From Alphaproteobacteria bacterium (GTDB lineage: Bacteria; Pseudomonadota; Alphaproteobacteria; VGEJ01), in contig CBDFKF010000001.1 in assembly GCA_965248765.1 (NCBI GenBank), forward strand, positions 134,772 to 198,771: 64,000 bases of DNA. Reading direction: 5' to 3'. Shown here piece after piece: positions 1-11,414 of this stretch; position 1 is the stretch's first letter, and every line of letters begins with the position of its first letter. The position numbers and the translations under genes were made by a program. The notes beneath the pieces were generated by a model, which worked only from the letters and a program-made list of their open reading frames with translations, was not told where the DNA came from and made no database searches.

Positions 1-141
1 AGCGATGTCGGGATGATCCTTGATAATCAAGCCACCACGTATCTCACGGTCGGCCGCAACTCAAATGGAGACCGCCTGTATTTGAAGCCCCAATCGAACA
101 TTTACGGGCAAGTCCCGGCTATCTGGGGCGGCGACTTCTAG
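1..141 (+). CDS. 3' end of a prophage gene (partial, runs off window)
   Basis: Open frame 1 to TAG at 139-141 (SDVGMILDNQATTYLTVGRNSNGDRLYLKPQSNIYGQVPAIWGGDF); upstream of the lysis genes. Confidence 0.4.
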   Translation, partial: SDVGMILDNQATTYLTVGRNSNGDRLYLKPQSNIYGQVPAIWGGDF

Positions 142-191
142 ACCCGGCAGGCCGCATTCGCAATTGCCATGAACTCTCGAAGGAGGTGCGG

Positions 192-314
192 ATGACCGAT
201 GCGGCGGACGCCCTTCGGCTGGAAATCGAGCAAAGCTCGCTCGCCAAGGATCAGCATCAGGGAGAGGCAGAACATAAACGTGCCGTGTACGTACTACATG
301 GGAACGCGACATGA
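192..314 (+). CDS. Small phage hypothetical protein (40 aa, not in ORF track)
   Basis: AGGAGG RBS at 181-186, ATG 192, TGA 312-314 overlaps next ATG (ATGA coupling). Confidence 0.55.
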   Translation: MTDAADALRLEIEQSSLAKDQHQGEAEHKRAVYVLHGNAT

Positions 315-544
315 GCAAAGAGCCAACAGCGACCGGGATCATCGCCAAGCTCGCGGTGCTGGAGACCAAGCTGGACGCTCGGCACCGGCGCCAGGACAAG
401 CTCGTCGAGCGGGTCGATGAGCTGTCCAAGGTCGCCAACGTCGGCAAGGGCGCGCTGTGGGCGGTGCTCAAACTCGGCGGCATCGCGGTCGCGATCGGGG
501 CAATGATCGCCGCGCTCACCGGCCACATCCCGCCCATCAAGTAG
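311..544 (+). CDS. Phage membrane protein, holin/haemolysin XhlA-like (coiled coil + C-terminal TM)
   Basis: 77 aa, coiled-coil-like N-terminus then hydrophobic ALWAVLKLGGIAVAIGAMIAAL; directly upstream of endolysin. Confidence 0.65.
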   Translation: MSKEPTATGIIAKLAVLETKLDARHRRQDKLVERVDELSKVANVGKGALWAVLKLGGIAVAIGAMIAALTGHIPPIK

Positions 545-557
545 GAAGTGGGGGTCA

Positions 558-989
558 ATGATCGTGCGGGCATACGACATCGAGGCCATGACCGCCCAGC
601 TGATCGAGCACGAGGGGCTGCGCCTGAAGCCCTACCGCTGCCCGGCCGGCAAGCTCACCATCGGCATCGGACGCAACCTCGACGATCGGGGGATATCGGA
701 GCAGGAAGCGGCGGTGCTCTGCCGCAACGACATCGACGGCGCCGAACGCGACCTCGACCGCAATGTCCCGTGGTGGCGGGAGCTGAGCGCCGTCCGCCAG
801 ATGGCCCTGGTCGATATGTGCCTCAACCTCGGCTGGCCGCGCCTGTCGGGCTTCAAGCGGATGCTCGCCGCCCTTGAGCGCGCCAACTATGAAACGGCGG
901 CTGACGAGATGCTCGATTCCAAATGGGCGCGCCAGGACGTTCAGCCGGAACGCTCGCAACGACTGGCCCGGATAATGCGGGAGGGCTGA
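558..989 (+). CDS. Phage endolysin (GH24/T4-type lysozyme)
   Basis: HEGLRLKPYRCPAGKLTIGIGRNL, ALVDMCLNLG and EMLDSKWARQ motifs. Confidence 0.92.
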   Translation: MIVRAYDIEAMTAQLIEHEGLRLKPYRCPAGKLTIGIGRNLDDRGISEQEAAVLCRNDIDGAERDLDRNVPWWRELSAVRQMALVDMCLNLGWPRLSGFKRMLAALERANYETAADEMLDSKWARQDVQPERSQRLARIMREG

Positions 990-991
990 GC

Positions 992-1411
992 ATGCTTCAG
1001 AAGATATTCAGCTCGATCGTCGGTGGCGGGATCGTGTCCGCCGCCGAGGGCGTAGCCAACATCATCGACAAGTTCGTCGAGACCGACGAAGAACGCGCGG
1101 TTGCGGAGCGCCTGAAGATCGCCATGGCGATGAAGCCGGCGGAGCTACAGGTGGAGCTGAACAAGATCGAGGCTGGCCACCGGTCCGTGTTCGTCGCCGG
1201 GTGGCGGCCCTTTTGCGGATGGGTGTACGCGGGGGCCCTTCTCTACAGCTTCGTCCTCCGCGACATCCTGGCCTGGGTGATGGTCAACACCGGCTCCGAG
1301 GCGAGCATGCCGCCTGAGCTGGCGATGGAGCATCTGCTCGTCGTGCTGCTCGGGATGCTCGGACTCGGAACGGCCCGCACGTTCGAGAAGCTACGAGGGA
1401 AGGCGAAGTGA
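992..1411 (+). CDS. Phage holin (3TM / GTA-type holin family)
   Basis: ELNKIEAGH-SVFVAGWRPFCGWV and LLGMLGLGTARTFEK motifs; follows lysozyme. Confidence 0.85.
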   Translation: MLQKIFSSIVGGGIVSAAEGVANIIDKFVETDEERAVAERLKIAMAMKPAELQVELNKIEAGHRSVFVAGWRPFCGWVYAGALLYSFVLRDILAWVMVNTGSEASMPPELAMEHLLVVLLGMLGLGTARTFEKLRGKAK

Positions 1412-1548
1412 TGGACAAGGTGAAGGCCTGGGTCAGCGCACACCGCAGCTGGGCGATCGTGCTCGCCGCCGCGGTGGTCATCATCTTGGTCGGTATCAGC
1501 TTGGGCGGCTGCCGGCTGTGCGTCCTGGGGCAGTGCGCCGCAGGGTAA
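1411..1548 (+). CDS. Small membrane/lipoprotein (45 aa, not in ORF track)
   Basis: TGATG overlap with holin; MDKVKAWVSAHRSWAIVLAAAVVIILVGISLGGCRLCVLGQCAAG with LGGC lipobox-like motif. Confidence 0.6.
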   Translation: MDKVKAWVSAHRSWAIVLAAAVVIILVGISLGGCRLCVLGQCAAG

Positions 1549-1692
1549 CGCGAACACCTCTTGAACAACCTGCCCGGACTGTGCCGACTTTTGTGCGGCT
1601 ACGTTCGCGCTCCAGTCCGCTGAGTCCGACCAGTCCGAGGGCCAAAAACCGCAGAAATCTGGGCGTTACTGGCTTTTTGGCCGTTTTGCACG

Positions 1693-1741
1693 GCGGACTG
1701 CAAATCCGCGTACACCGGTTCGAATCCGGTCCTGGCCTCCA
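1693..1741 (+). mobile_element. 3' fragment of tRNA-Cys(GCA); probable prophage attachment site (attR)
   Basis: Anticodon arm GCGGA-CTGCAAA-TCCGC, T-arm ACCGG-TTCGAAT-CCGGT, acceptor 3' strand CCTGGCC-TCCA; no matching 5' GGCCAGG or D-arm upstream. Confidence 0.85.
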
Positions 1742-1891
1742 ATCTGTCCCTGATCGCGATTACCCGTAGCGACGATCGCTCGAGGCATTCCGTTCCGAGA
1801 GCCAGAAAACGGGTGCCGGGAGGCAGTTGTCAAGATCGCCGCGTTGCTGTGTTTTGCGGCGTCAACAGCGCCCGCGCTCGCCGAGCCCGCA

Positions 1892-3273
<1,382 letters not shown>

Positions 3274-3323
3274 GCGGCTCGCGCACTGTAACAGCTAACA
3301 ACCTAAGCCCTGAGGACCGAGCT

Positions 3324-4736
3324 ATGGCTGATGACATCAAAGCGGTCTTGAAGACTATCAAGGATAATGAGGTCGCCTACGTCGACCTTCGCTTTAGCGA
3401 TCCGCGCGGTACGTGGCAGCATTTGGCCATGGCCGCCAACATGATCGACGAGGCGGCCTTCGCTGACGGAATCATGTTCGACGGCTCATCGATCGCCGGC
3501 TGGAAGTCGATCCATGAATCCGACATGGCGCTGATGCCCGATGCGACGACCGCTGTGATGGATCCCTTCTCGGCGCAGCCTTCGCTCATCCTGATTTGCG
3601 ACGTGCACGAGCCCTCAACCGGCGAGGAATACAGCCGCGACCCGCGATCCGCCGCCAAACGCGCTGAGGCCTACCTCAAGTACACCGGAATCGGCGACAC
3701 CGCTTCCTTCGGGCCCGAGGCGGAGTTCTTTGTTTTCGATGACGTCCGTTTCAACGTCAGCGCGAACAACACCTCCTACTCAATTGACCAGGAAGAGGGC
3801 CCCTACAACGCCGGTCGCGAGTTCGATTCGGGTAACTACGGCCACCGTCCGAGCATCAAGGGTGGCTATTTCCCGGTACCGCCAGTCGATTCGATGAGCG
3901 ACCTACGCGCCGAGATGTTGTCGGTGATGGCCGATATGGGGCTCACGATCGAGAAGCACCATCACGAGGTGGCGCCGAGTCAGAACGAGCTCGGCATCAC
4001 CAGGGACAGCCTCGTGCGCACGGCCGATAACCTGCACATCTACAAATACGTCGTCCAGAATGTCGCGCATTCCTATGGCAAGTCGGCGACGTTCATGCCC
4101 AAGCCCGTGATCGAGGACAACGGCTCGGGCATGCACGTCCACCAGTCGATCTGGAAAAACGGGAAGCCGCTGTTTGCCGGCAGCGCCTACGCCGATCTCT
4201 CCGAGATGGCGCTCTTTTACATCGGCGGCATCATGCGCCACGCCAAGGCGATAAACGCCTTCACCAACCCAACCACCAACAGCTACAAACGATTGATCCC
4301 CGGGTTCGAAGCGCCGGTGCTCCTCGCCTATTCAGCCCGGAACCGCTCAGCTTCGTGCCGCATCCCGTTCTCGGCGAGCCCGAGTGGTAAGCGGGTGGAG
4401 GTGCGTTTCCCCGATCCCACCGCCAACCCCTACCTCGGCTTTGCGGCGATGTTGATGGCTGGCATAGACGGCATCGAGAACAAGACCCATCCGGGCGATC
4501 CGATGGACAAAAATCTATACGATCTCCCGCCTGAGGAGCTCAAGGATGTGCCGACAGTATGCGGGAGTCTACGCGAGGCGTTGGAGTCGCTAGATCGCGA
4601 CCGCGACTTCCTCAAAAAGGGCGACGTGCTGAGCGACGATCTGATCGACGGTTATCTCGAGCTCAAGTGGGAAGAAGTGCACAAGCTAGAGCACACCCCC
4701 CACCCGATCGAGTTCTCTATGTACTATTCGGCTTGA
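3324..4736 (+). CDS. glnA: Type I glutamine synthetase
   Basis: FDGSSI, HHEVA, ATFMPKP, NGSGMH, adenylylation site NLYDLP. Confidence 0.98.
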   Translation: MADDIKAVLKTIKDNEVAYVDLRFSDPRGTWQHLAMAANMIDEAAFADGIMFDGSSIAGWKSIHESDMALMPDATTAVMDPFSAQPSLILICDVHEPSTGEEYSRDPRSAAKRAEAYLKYTGIGDTASFGPEAEFFVFDDVRFNVSANNTSYSIDQEEGPYNAGREFDSGNYGHRPSIKGGYFPVPPVDSMSDLRAEMLSVMADMGLTIEKHHHEVAPSQNELGITRDSLVRTADNLHIYKYVVQNVAHSYGKSATFMPKPVIEDNGSGMHVHQSIWKNGKPLFAGSAYADLSEMALFYIGGIMRHAKAINAFTNPTTNSYKRLIPGFEAPVLLAYSARNRSASCRIPFSASPSGKRVEVRFPDPTANPYLGFAAMLMAGIDGIENKTHPGDPMDKNLYDLPPEELKDVPTVCGSLREALESLDRDRDFLKKGDVLSDDLIDGYLELKWEEVHKLEHTPHPIEFSMYYSA

Positions 4737-4866
4737 TCCGCTTCGGCGAGCAGGACATCGCCTGTCACCAGCGGCAGAGAAGTGAGCGTCAGGCGCGGTC
4801 GATCGCCGGGAATGCTTGTGTGACTTTGATCACGATCGCGTCGGCGCTTCAAGCGGTCCAGCGACA

Positions 4867-5262
4867 TCAACCGCCCTGGTCGACAGGCCGGGGCCGCCTT
4901 TGATCGTCGACCGCGACATAGGTGAACAGGCCTTCGGTCACAGTGACTTCCTCGCCAAGCCGCTGGCGGCGGGCCACGGTCTCGACATCGACGGTCACCG
5001 ACGTCCGCCCGACCCGCACCACTTTGGCATGGCAACTCACCATATCGCCGATGAACACCGGCCGGTGGAACTTCATGCCCTCCACGGCGACCGTGACCAC
5101 CCGCCCACCGGCCCGCTCCGCGGCGACCACGCCACCCGCGATGTCCATTTGCGAAAGGATCCACCCGCCGAAAATATCCCCGCTCGCATTGGCATCACGC
5201 GGCAACGGCATTGTGCGGATCGCGGGTTCGGGCCGCTCGCTACTGGCCGTTTCGTCGACCAT
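4867..5262 (-). CDS. Acyl-CoA thioesterase (YciA-like hotdog fold)
   Basis: DANASGDIFGGWILSQMDIAG motif. Confidence 0.9.
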   Translation of the reverse strand: MVDETASSERPEPAIRTMPLPRDANASGDIFGGWILSQMDIAGGVVAAERAGGRVVTVAVEGMKFHRPVFIGDMVSCHAKVVRVGRTSVTVDVETVARRQRLGEEVTVTEGLFTYVAVDDQRRPRPVDQGG

Positions 5263-5369
5263 TAGATTACCATATCTAGTTGTTGCCTTCTTCAGTTATA
5301 CCCTATAGTCCAGCGACCCACGTCAGTGCTTCGCTTCGCGTCCGTTTTGTGCGCCCCTGACTGCCCGGC

Positions 5370-7334
5370 ATGAGTGATCTTTTCGCGCACGCGCGCAAGC
5401 CCGCTAAGGACTACACAGCTGCTGACATCGAGGTCCTTGAGGGCCTCGAGCCAGTGCGGCGTCGGCCCGGCATGTTCATTGGCAGCACCGATGAGCGCGG
5501 GCTGCACCACCTCGCCGCCGAGGTCCTGGACAACGCGATGGATGAGGTAGTCGCCGGCGCGGCGAGCCGTATCGAGATCGAGCTCACGGCTGATGGCGCC
5601 TTGACCGTGCGCGACAACGGTCGCGGCATCCCCGTTGAACAGCACTCCAAGTTCAAGAACAGGTCCGCGCTCGAAGTGATCCTCACCACCTTGCATTCGG
5701 GCGGCAAGTTCAGCGCTAAGGTCTATCAGACCGCGGGGGGGCTGCATGGCGTCGGGCTCTCGGTGGTGAACGCGCTGTCCGATTGGCTGGAGATCGAGGT
5801 CGCGCGCGAGAGCAAATTGTGGACCCAACGCTACGAGAAGGGCATAGCCAAAACCAAGCTCAAATCCCGCTCGGTCTCCAATCGACGCGGTACGGCGATC
5901 CGCTTCCACCCTGATCCTGGCGTCTTCGGCAAAACGCTGGCTCTTAGGGCTGCCCCGCTCTACCGCATGGCCCGTTCGAAGGCTTTTCTGTTCGCCGGCG
6001 CCGAGGTTCGCTGGCGCTGCGATGCGGCGCTGCTCAAGGCTGGCGAAGCGGTGCCGGAGGCCGAGACCCTGCGTTTTCCCGGCGGCCTCGAGGAGTACTT
6101 GGCGGAGACGCTTGGCGACAACGCGACCGTTACACCAATGCCGTTCGCGGGGCGGGCTCGGATCAACGGCGACGATGGCCGTATGGAATGGGCGATAGCC
6201 TGGACCGCTGGCGGCGAGCCCAACGTTGCATCCTACTGCAACACCGTGCCGACGCCGGCCGGCGGCACCCACGAGGCGGGTTTCCGGGCCGCGTTGACGA
6301 AAGGTCTCAAGGCCTACGGTGAACGCATTGGCAATCGCCGCGCCGTGCAGATCACCGCCGACGACGTCCTCGGCGGCGCCACCGGCCTGCTATCGCTGTT
6401 TATTCGCGAACCGCAGTTCCACGGCCAGACCAAGGAAAAGCTGGGCAACCCGGAGGCTCAGCGCTTGGTCGACGGCGTCGTCCGTGACCATTTCGACCAC
6501 TGGCTGGGCGGGGCGCCGAACCACGCCAGCGCCCTCCTCGGCGCGATTCTCGTGCGCGCTGAGGAGCGCCTGCGCCGCCGTGAGGAGAAGGAGGTGGCGC
6601 GGCGGAGCGCCACACGCAAGCTTCGTCTACCTGGCAAACTTACCGATTGTACGCGCGCCGAATCCGCCGGTACCGAGCTGTTCCTGGTCGAGGGTGACTC
6701 AGCGGGAGGCTCAGCCAAGCAAGCCCGTGATCGCGTGACGCAGGCAGTCCTCCCACTCCGCGGCAAGATCCTCAATGTCGTTAGCGCGGCTCGCGCTAAG
6801 GTTCGTGGCAACCAGGAACTCGCTGATCTCGTTCAGGCCCTGGGCTGTGGTACCGGTGATCTCTTCGCGGATAGCGATCTGCGGTACGAGAAGGTCATCA
6901 TCATGACCGATGCCGATGTCGATGGCGCGCACATCGCGGCCCTCCTGATGAGTTACTTCTATCGCGAGATGCCCGGGCTCATCGCCAGCGGCCACCTCTA
7001 CATTGCCCAACCGCCGCTCTACCGCCTGAGCCACGGGGGCACCGTCCTCTACGCGCGGGATGAGGCCCACAAGGCGGAACTGGTCGAAACCACCTTCGCC
7101 GGGTTAACCAACGTCGAGATTAGTCGCTTCAAAGGGCTGGGCGAGATGCCCTCCAGCCAGCTCCGCGAGACAACGATGCACCCGGCGACGCGTAAGCTCG
7201 CCCGTGTCGAGATCGCCGAGGGCGAGGAACGTCGTGCTAGCGACAGAGTCGAGCAGTTGATGGGGCGCAAACCCGAGCTGCGCCTCGCCTTCATCCAGGA
7301 GCGCGCGAACTCGGTCGAGGACCTCGACGTCTAG
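5370..7334 (+). CDS. parE: DNA topoisomerase IV subunit B
   Basis: LEGLEPVRRRPGMFIG, GGLHGVG, VEGDSAGG, IMTDADVDG; 654 aa, lacks GyrB insertion. Confidence 0.95.
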   Translation: MSDLFAHARKPAKDYTAADIEVLEGLEPVRRRPGMFIGSTDERGLHHLAAEVLDNAMDEVVAGAASRIEIELTADGALTVRDNGRGIPVEQHSKFKNRSALEVILTTLHSGGKFSAKVYQTAGGLHGVGLSVVNALSDWLEIEVARESKLWTQRYEKGIAKTKLKSRSVSNRRGTAIRFHPDPGVFGKTLALRAAPLYRMARSKAFLFAGAEVRWRCDAALLKAGEAVPEAETLRFPGGLEEYLAETLGDNATVTPMPFAGRARINGDDGRMEWAIAWTAGGEPNVASYCNTVPTPAGGTHEAGFRAALTKGLKAYGERIGNRRAVQITADDVLGGATGLLSLFIREPQFHGQTKEKLGNPEAQRLVDGVVRDHFDHWLGGAPNHASALLGAILVRAEERLRRREEKEVARRSATRKLRLPGKLTDCTRAESAGTELFLVEGDSAGGSAKQARDRVTQAVLPLRGKILNVVSAARAKVRGNQELADLVQALGCGTGDLFADSDLRYEKVIIMTDADVDGAHIAALLMSYFYREMPGLIASGHLYIAQPPLYRLSHGGTVLYARDEAHKAELVETTFAGLTNVEISRFKGLGEMPSSQLRETTMHPATRKLARVEIAEGEERRASDRVEQLMGRKPELRLAFIQERANSVEDLDV

Positions 7335-7433
7335 GGCACGCGCTAGGGGCAAGCTGGTTCGACCTCACGCTGGTAACATGGCACACTAACTCCGCGCGCG
7401 CGGGGGCGTGGGCGAGGCTTTTGGGGAAGCCGC

Positions 7434-7997
7434 ATGAAACGAGCCGTGCTCTGTCTCGCTGGACTTATCCTCCTCGAAGCCTGTGCTGGCGACCCGCTGA
7501 ACGTCTTCGCGCCGCCCGATCGCGAATCTCGCAGCCCGTTCTATGCGCCCCACCTCGTCCAATACGTGGCGCGCGAGGGCACTTTTCCGGTGGTCATCCA
7601 CGGCAACCCGCTGGCGGTACCCAAGGCGCACGCGGATGCGGCCATCGCCGAGCACCTGCGCCTTCCGGCATGGACGAGCGGTGCGCGCTTCGTCACAGTG
7701 GCCGACCAAGTCAGTCGCCAGAGTCTGCGCCTGGTAGTGATCTTCGATCCAGCCGGAAGGCGCCTCCGCGGCAACAGCGCGTGCGCCGCACCATCAACGA
7801 TTCCGATGGCGCCGACCGGCAAAACGATCGCGATGCTAGCGCTGTTCTGCAACGCCAACGAGGCCCTCAGCGAGGCCCTGGCGATCGGCCCCACCCCGCG
7901 AGACGCCGCGGATCCTCGCTTGCAGGATGTTCTCGATCGCGTCACACGCGTGGTCTTCGCGTACGACTACCCAAATCGTCCTCGTGGCGCCCGTTAG
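7434..7997 (+). CDS. Hypothetical lipoprotein
   Basis: Signal peptide with LEAC lipobox; paralogous to next gene. Confidence 0.75.
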   Translation: MKRAVLCLAGLILLEACAGDPLNVFAPPDRESRSPFYAPHLVQYVAREGTFPVVIHGNPLAVPKAHADAAIAEHLRLPAWTSGARFVTVADQVSRQSLRLVVIFDPAGRRLRGNSACAAPSTIPMAPTGKTIAMLALFCNANEALSEALAIGPTPRDAADPRLQDVLDRVTRVVFAYDYPNRPRGAR

Positions 7998-8109
7998 CGG
8001 CTACAACCCGGAAATGTGTGATTTCTTAGCAGTTTAGGGCATTTGCGCCTTGCCCAATGCGGGCATGTGCACAATATTGGGGCTAAGGAAAACAGAAATG
8101 GTGACGGCT

Positions 8110-8685
8110 ATGACCCGTTCTGCGGTGGCCGTCGCGCTAGCTGCTGGCCTCGGGCTCGCGGCATGTACGACGACAAACAGTATTTGGATCACGGACGTTT
8201 ATCAGGAACTGCCCTACAGCAAGAGCCTCGTGCAGTACACGGCCGCGCCCGGCGAGGTAACGGTGCAGATCCACGGCAAAGCCTTCGCTGGGCAGCTGCC
8301 AGGTGACGATGAGGCCATCGCCGAGAAACTTAGGATGCCTGCTTGGGTCGCGCCGGCCCGCTTTACCACGCTCCCGAGCGATGTTGCGCGGCGTAGCCAG
8401 CGCATCGTGCTGGCGTTCAACCCCGCGGCGCGGGGCCCCGTAAGCTATCGCCTGTGCGACGACCCCGAAACGGTCGAATATGCGCCGGTTGGCGCCCGCA
8501 CGCGACTTGAAGCGGCGTTCTGCTCAGGCGGACGGATGGTGGCGAACGCCATTGGCGAGACCGCCGCTTTATCGGGTGTGGACGATCCGCAGCTTGCTGT
8601 GCTGACCAGGCAGCTCATGGTGAACCTTCTACCGTTCCGTAACCCATTCAAGCCGAATCCAGCGTGTCCGGACGGGGCGTGCTGA
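8110..8685 (+). CDS. Hypothetical lipoprotein, paralog of upstream gene
   Basis: LAAC lipobox; shared LVQY, IHG, LRxPAW, ARF, RxVxxFxP and AxFC motifs. Confidence 0.75.
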   Translation: MTRSAVAVALAAGLGLAACTTTNSIWITDVYQELPYSKSLVQYTAAPGEVTVQIHGKAFAGQLPGDDEAIAEKLRMPAWVAPARFTTLPSDVARRSQRIVLAFNPAARGPVSYRLCDDPETVEYAPVGARTRLEAAFCSGGRMVANAIGETAALSGVDDPQLAVLTRQLMVNLLPFRNPFKPNPACPDGAC

Positions 8686-8825
8686 CGAGATGTGCTAATC
8701 TGATCCCACGGCAGGCGCGCCCGCATGCGGGCCGCGGCTGTTTTGGCGGAGCGCCGTGCGGCCCAAAATGCGCCTTGCAACCACCGCGTACGCGGCGAAA
8801 CGAAACCCCACAAAGATAGAAAAGT

Positions 8826-10283
8826 ATGCCATTTGAACAACTGGGGCTAAGCCCCGAAGTCCTTCGCGCGATCGCCGATTCCGGCTATGCCGAGCCGACC
8901 CCGATCCAGGCACGCGCCATTCCCGTCATACTCCAAGGCCGCGATTTGCTTGGTTCGGCGCAGACAGGGACCGGCAAGACCGCTTCCTTCACGTGGCCGA
9001 TGATCGATATCCTCGCGACCGGCCGGGTGCGGGCCCGCATGCCGCGCTCACTGATCCTCGAGCCCACGCGCGAGCTCGCCGCCCAGGTCGCCGAGAACTT
9101 CGACGCGTACGGCAAGTATTCGAAACTCACAAAGGCGCTGCTCGTCGGCGGCGAGTCCTTTACCGAGCAGGACCAGAAGATCGACCGCGGCGTGGATGTC
9201 CTTATCGCCACGCCGGGCCGCCTACTCGATCACGTCGAACGCGGCAAGCTGATGCTGACCGGCGTGAGTATACTGGTGATCGACGAGGCCGATCGCATGC
9301 TGGACATGGGCTTCATCCCCGATGTCGAGCGCATCGTTCAGCTGACGCCGTCGCGGCGCCAGACCATGCTGTTCTCGGCGACCCTTTTCCCCGAGATCCG
9401 GCGCTTCGCCGCCGCCTTCTTGAACGATCCGAAGGAGATCAGCGTCGCACCGCCCGCGTCGACGGTCGATCGGGTCAGCCAGGGCCTGGCGATCGTACGC
9501 GAGGACGACAAGCGTGAGGCCCTGCGCCGCTTGCTGCGCCAGAAGGGAATCGACAGCGCCATTATCTTCAGCAACCGCAAGCGTCATGTCGATATCTTGA
9601 CGGCATCACTACGCAAACACGGATTCGAGGCGAGCGGCCTGCACGGCGACATGAACCAGGCGATAAGAACGGCGACGCTTGAGCGCTTCCGCGGCGGTGA
9701 GATCAAACTGTTGGTGGCAAGCGATGTAGCGGCGCGCGGTCTCGACATCGAAGCACTGCCGCACGTCATCAACTTCGACGTGCCGATCCATGCAGAAGAC
9801 TATGTACACCGGATCGGCCGCACGGCCCGCGCCGGCATGGACGGTGCTGCCTATACGATCGCGACGCCAGAGGAAGCGCCTTTCGTCGAGGCCATCATTA
9901 AGCTCACTGGTGAAGAAATTCCGCGCGTATTGGTCGAGGGGATGGACAATCTGGAGCTCGACCACGACGAGGGACGTCGGCGCCGCGGCCGTGGCGCCCG
10001 TCGCGGAGCAGAGCGCAAGCGCCCTGCAAAGCGCACCCCGGCGACCAAGTCACCGCCACCAGAACGCGACGCCGAGGCTACCGCGGAGCCGGCGCCGGTC
10101 GCAGCAATCACCGTTGAGTCAGCTGAAGCGTTGCCGGAGAGTAACGGCGGCACGGTCGTCGCGGTTCGCTCTCGTGCCAAGTCGGCCGATCGGCGGCGTC
10201 AAGGCGCGACGTGGGATTCCAACAGCCCTGTGCCCGCTTTCCTCCTCAAGCCGGCTGCCGCCGGTCGCCGACCTAAGACCTAG
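8826..10283 (+). CDS. DEAD-box RNA helicase (RhlE-like)
   Basis: Q motif, AQTGTGKT, PTRELA, DEAD, SAT, HRIGRTAR. Confidence 0.95.
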   Translation: MPFEQLGLSPEVLRAIADSGYAEPTPIQARAIPVILQGRDLLGSAQTGTGKTASFTWPMIDILATGRVRARMPRSLILEPTRELAAQVAENFDAYGKYSKLTKALLVGGESFTEQDQKIDRGVDVLIATPGRLLDHVERGKLMLTGVSILVIDEADRMLDMGFIPDVERIVQLTPSRRQTMLFSATLFPEIRRFAAAFLNDPKEISVAPPASTVDRVSQGLAIVREDDKREALRRLLRQKGIDSAIIFSNRKRHVDILTASLRKHGFEASGLHGDMNQAIRTATLERFRGGEIKLLVASDVAARGLDIEALPHVINFDVPIHAEDYVHRIGRTARAGMDGAAYTIATPEEAPFVEAIIKLTGEEIPRVLVEGMDNLELDHDEGRRRRGRGARRGAERKRPAKRTPATKSPPPERDAEATAEPAPVAAITVESAEALPESNGGTVVAVRSRAKSADRRRQGATWDSNSPVPAFLLKPAAAGRRPKT

Positions 10284-10297
10284 GTTCTGAAGCCGGG

Positions 10298-11404
10298 CTA
10301 TTGGGCGGCCGTCCGCGTGCCAATCGCGGCACGAAGCCTCGGCATCACCTCGTGGGCCATCAGCGCCATTGAGTTGCGAGTTCGCGCGCAATCGTCGTAT
10401 TCGAGCCCGGCGATAATGAGCGTTCCGAAGTCGCCGATCTCCTCGCGCAGGGCCAAGAGCTTCTCCACCACGGTGTCCGGCCCACCGCAGATAAGATTGT
10501 CCTCCCGGTAGTCGTCGCGCGAGAAGTCCGCTGGGTCGGCATCCGGATTGGGCATTGCGACGTTCAGGATACCGCCGTCGGACAACAACCCGTGCATATG
10601 GGCGTAGTAGTACTGGAAGAGATTCTTCTCCCCTGTGACATACGCCTCGGCCTCACGGTCGCTGTCGGCAACGAAGACGGTCCGTCCCACCCGCCAGATT
10701 TCGCGATCGGCGACGTGCCCGGCTTCCTCGCAGCCCTCCGCGTACTTCTGCCACTGGCTAGCTGCGCTGTAGGTCGGAATGAGGTTCGACGAGATCGGGA
10801 TCCAGCCGCGCTGACCGGCGATCTTCATCGTGCCTGAATAGGGACTCATCGCCGGCAGGGCGATCGGCGGATGCGGCTTTTGATAGGGCTTCACCGTCAC
10901 GCCCACCCCGAACTCCTCAAGCACCATGTCGGTCAACTTGAAGTTCCAGAACTTACCCTCGAAGATGAACGGAGCGTCCATCGTCCATAGCTTGAGGATG
11001 ACGTCGATCGACTCCATCATCATCGCGCCGCGGACCTTGGGATCGGTGGCGCCGAACATCTCAAGGTCGCTGCCCAGGCCGCCAGGGCCGATGCCGAACA
11101 GCAGGCGGCCTTCGCTGATGTGGTCGAGGTAGCCGATGTGAGCCGCTACCTGCGCCGGGTGGCATTGGGGAAGATTGACCACCCCGGTCCCGAGCTTCAT
11201 GTGCTTGGTCCTTGCAAGCAGATTGGCGATGAAGATCATCGGTGCCGGTACAGGCTCCGAGCTCGCCGTGTAGTGCTCGCCGATCCAGAACTCGTCGAAC
11301 CCCAGCTCATCGCAATAAGCCGCGATCTCGACGTCCTCCAACAATACTTCGTGGTTATCCCGTGCAGGATCGTGCAGGGACATCATGAACATGCCGAGGC
11401 GCAT
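10298..11404 (-). CDS. LLM-class flavin-dependent oxidoreductase
   Basis: MRLGMF..., GFDEFWIGEHY, LGTGVVNLP. Confidence 0.9.
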   Translation of the reverse strand: MRLGMFMMSLHDPARDNHEVLLEDVEIAAYCDELGFDEFWIGEHYTASSEPVPAPMIFIANLLARTKHMKLGTGVVNLPQCHPAQVAAHIGYLDHISEGRLLFGIGPGGLGSDLEMFGATDPKVRGAMMMESIDVILKLWTMDAPFIFEGKFWNFKLTDMVLEEFGVGVTVKPYQKPHPPIALPAMSPYSGTMKIAGQRGWIPISSNLIPTYSAASQWQKYAEGCEEAGHVADREIWRVGRTVFVADSDREAEAYVTGEKNLFQYYYAHMHGLLSDGGILNVAMPNPDADPADFSRDDYREDNLICGGPDTVVEKLLALREEIGDFGTLIIAGLEYDDCARTRNSMALMAHEVMPRLRAAIGTRTAAQ

Positions 11405-11414
11405 GGCGTCCTCC

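Noticed and set aside
1668-1741. Complete tRNA-Cys gene
   Set aside because: No 5' acceptor strand complementary to CCTGGCC and no D-arm; only the 3' part is present.
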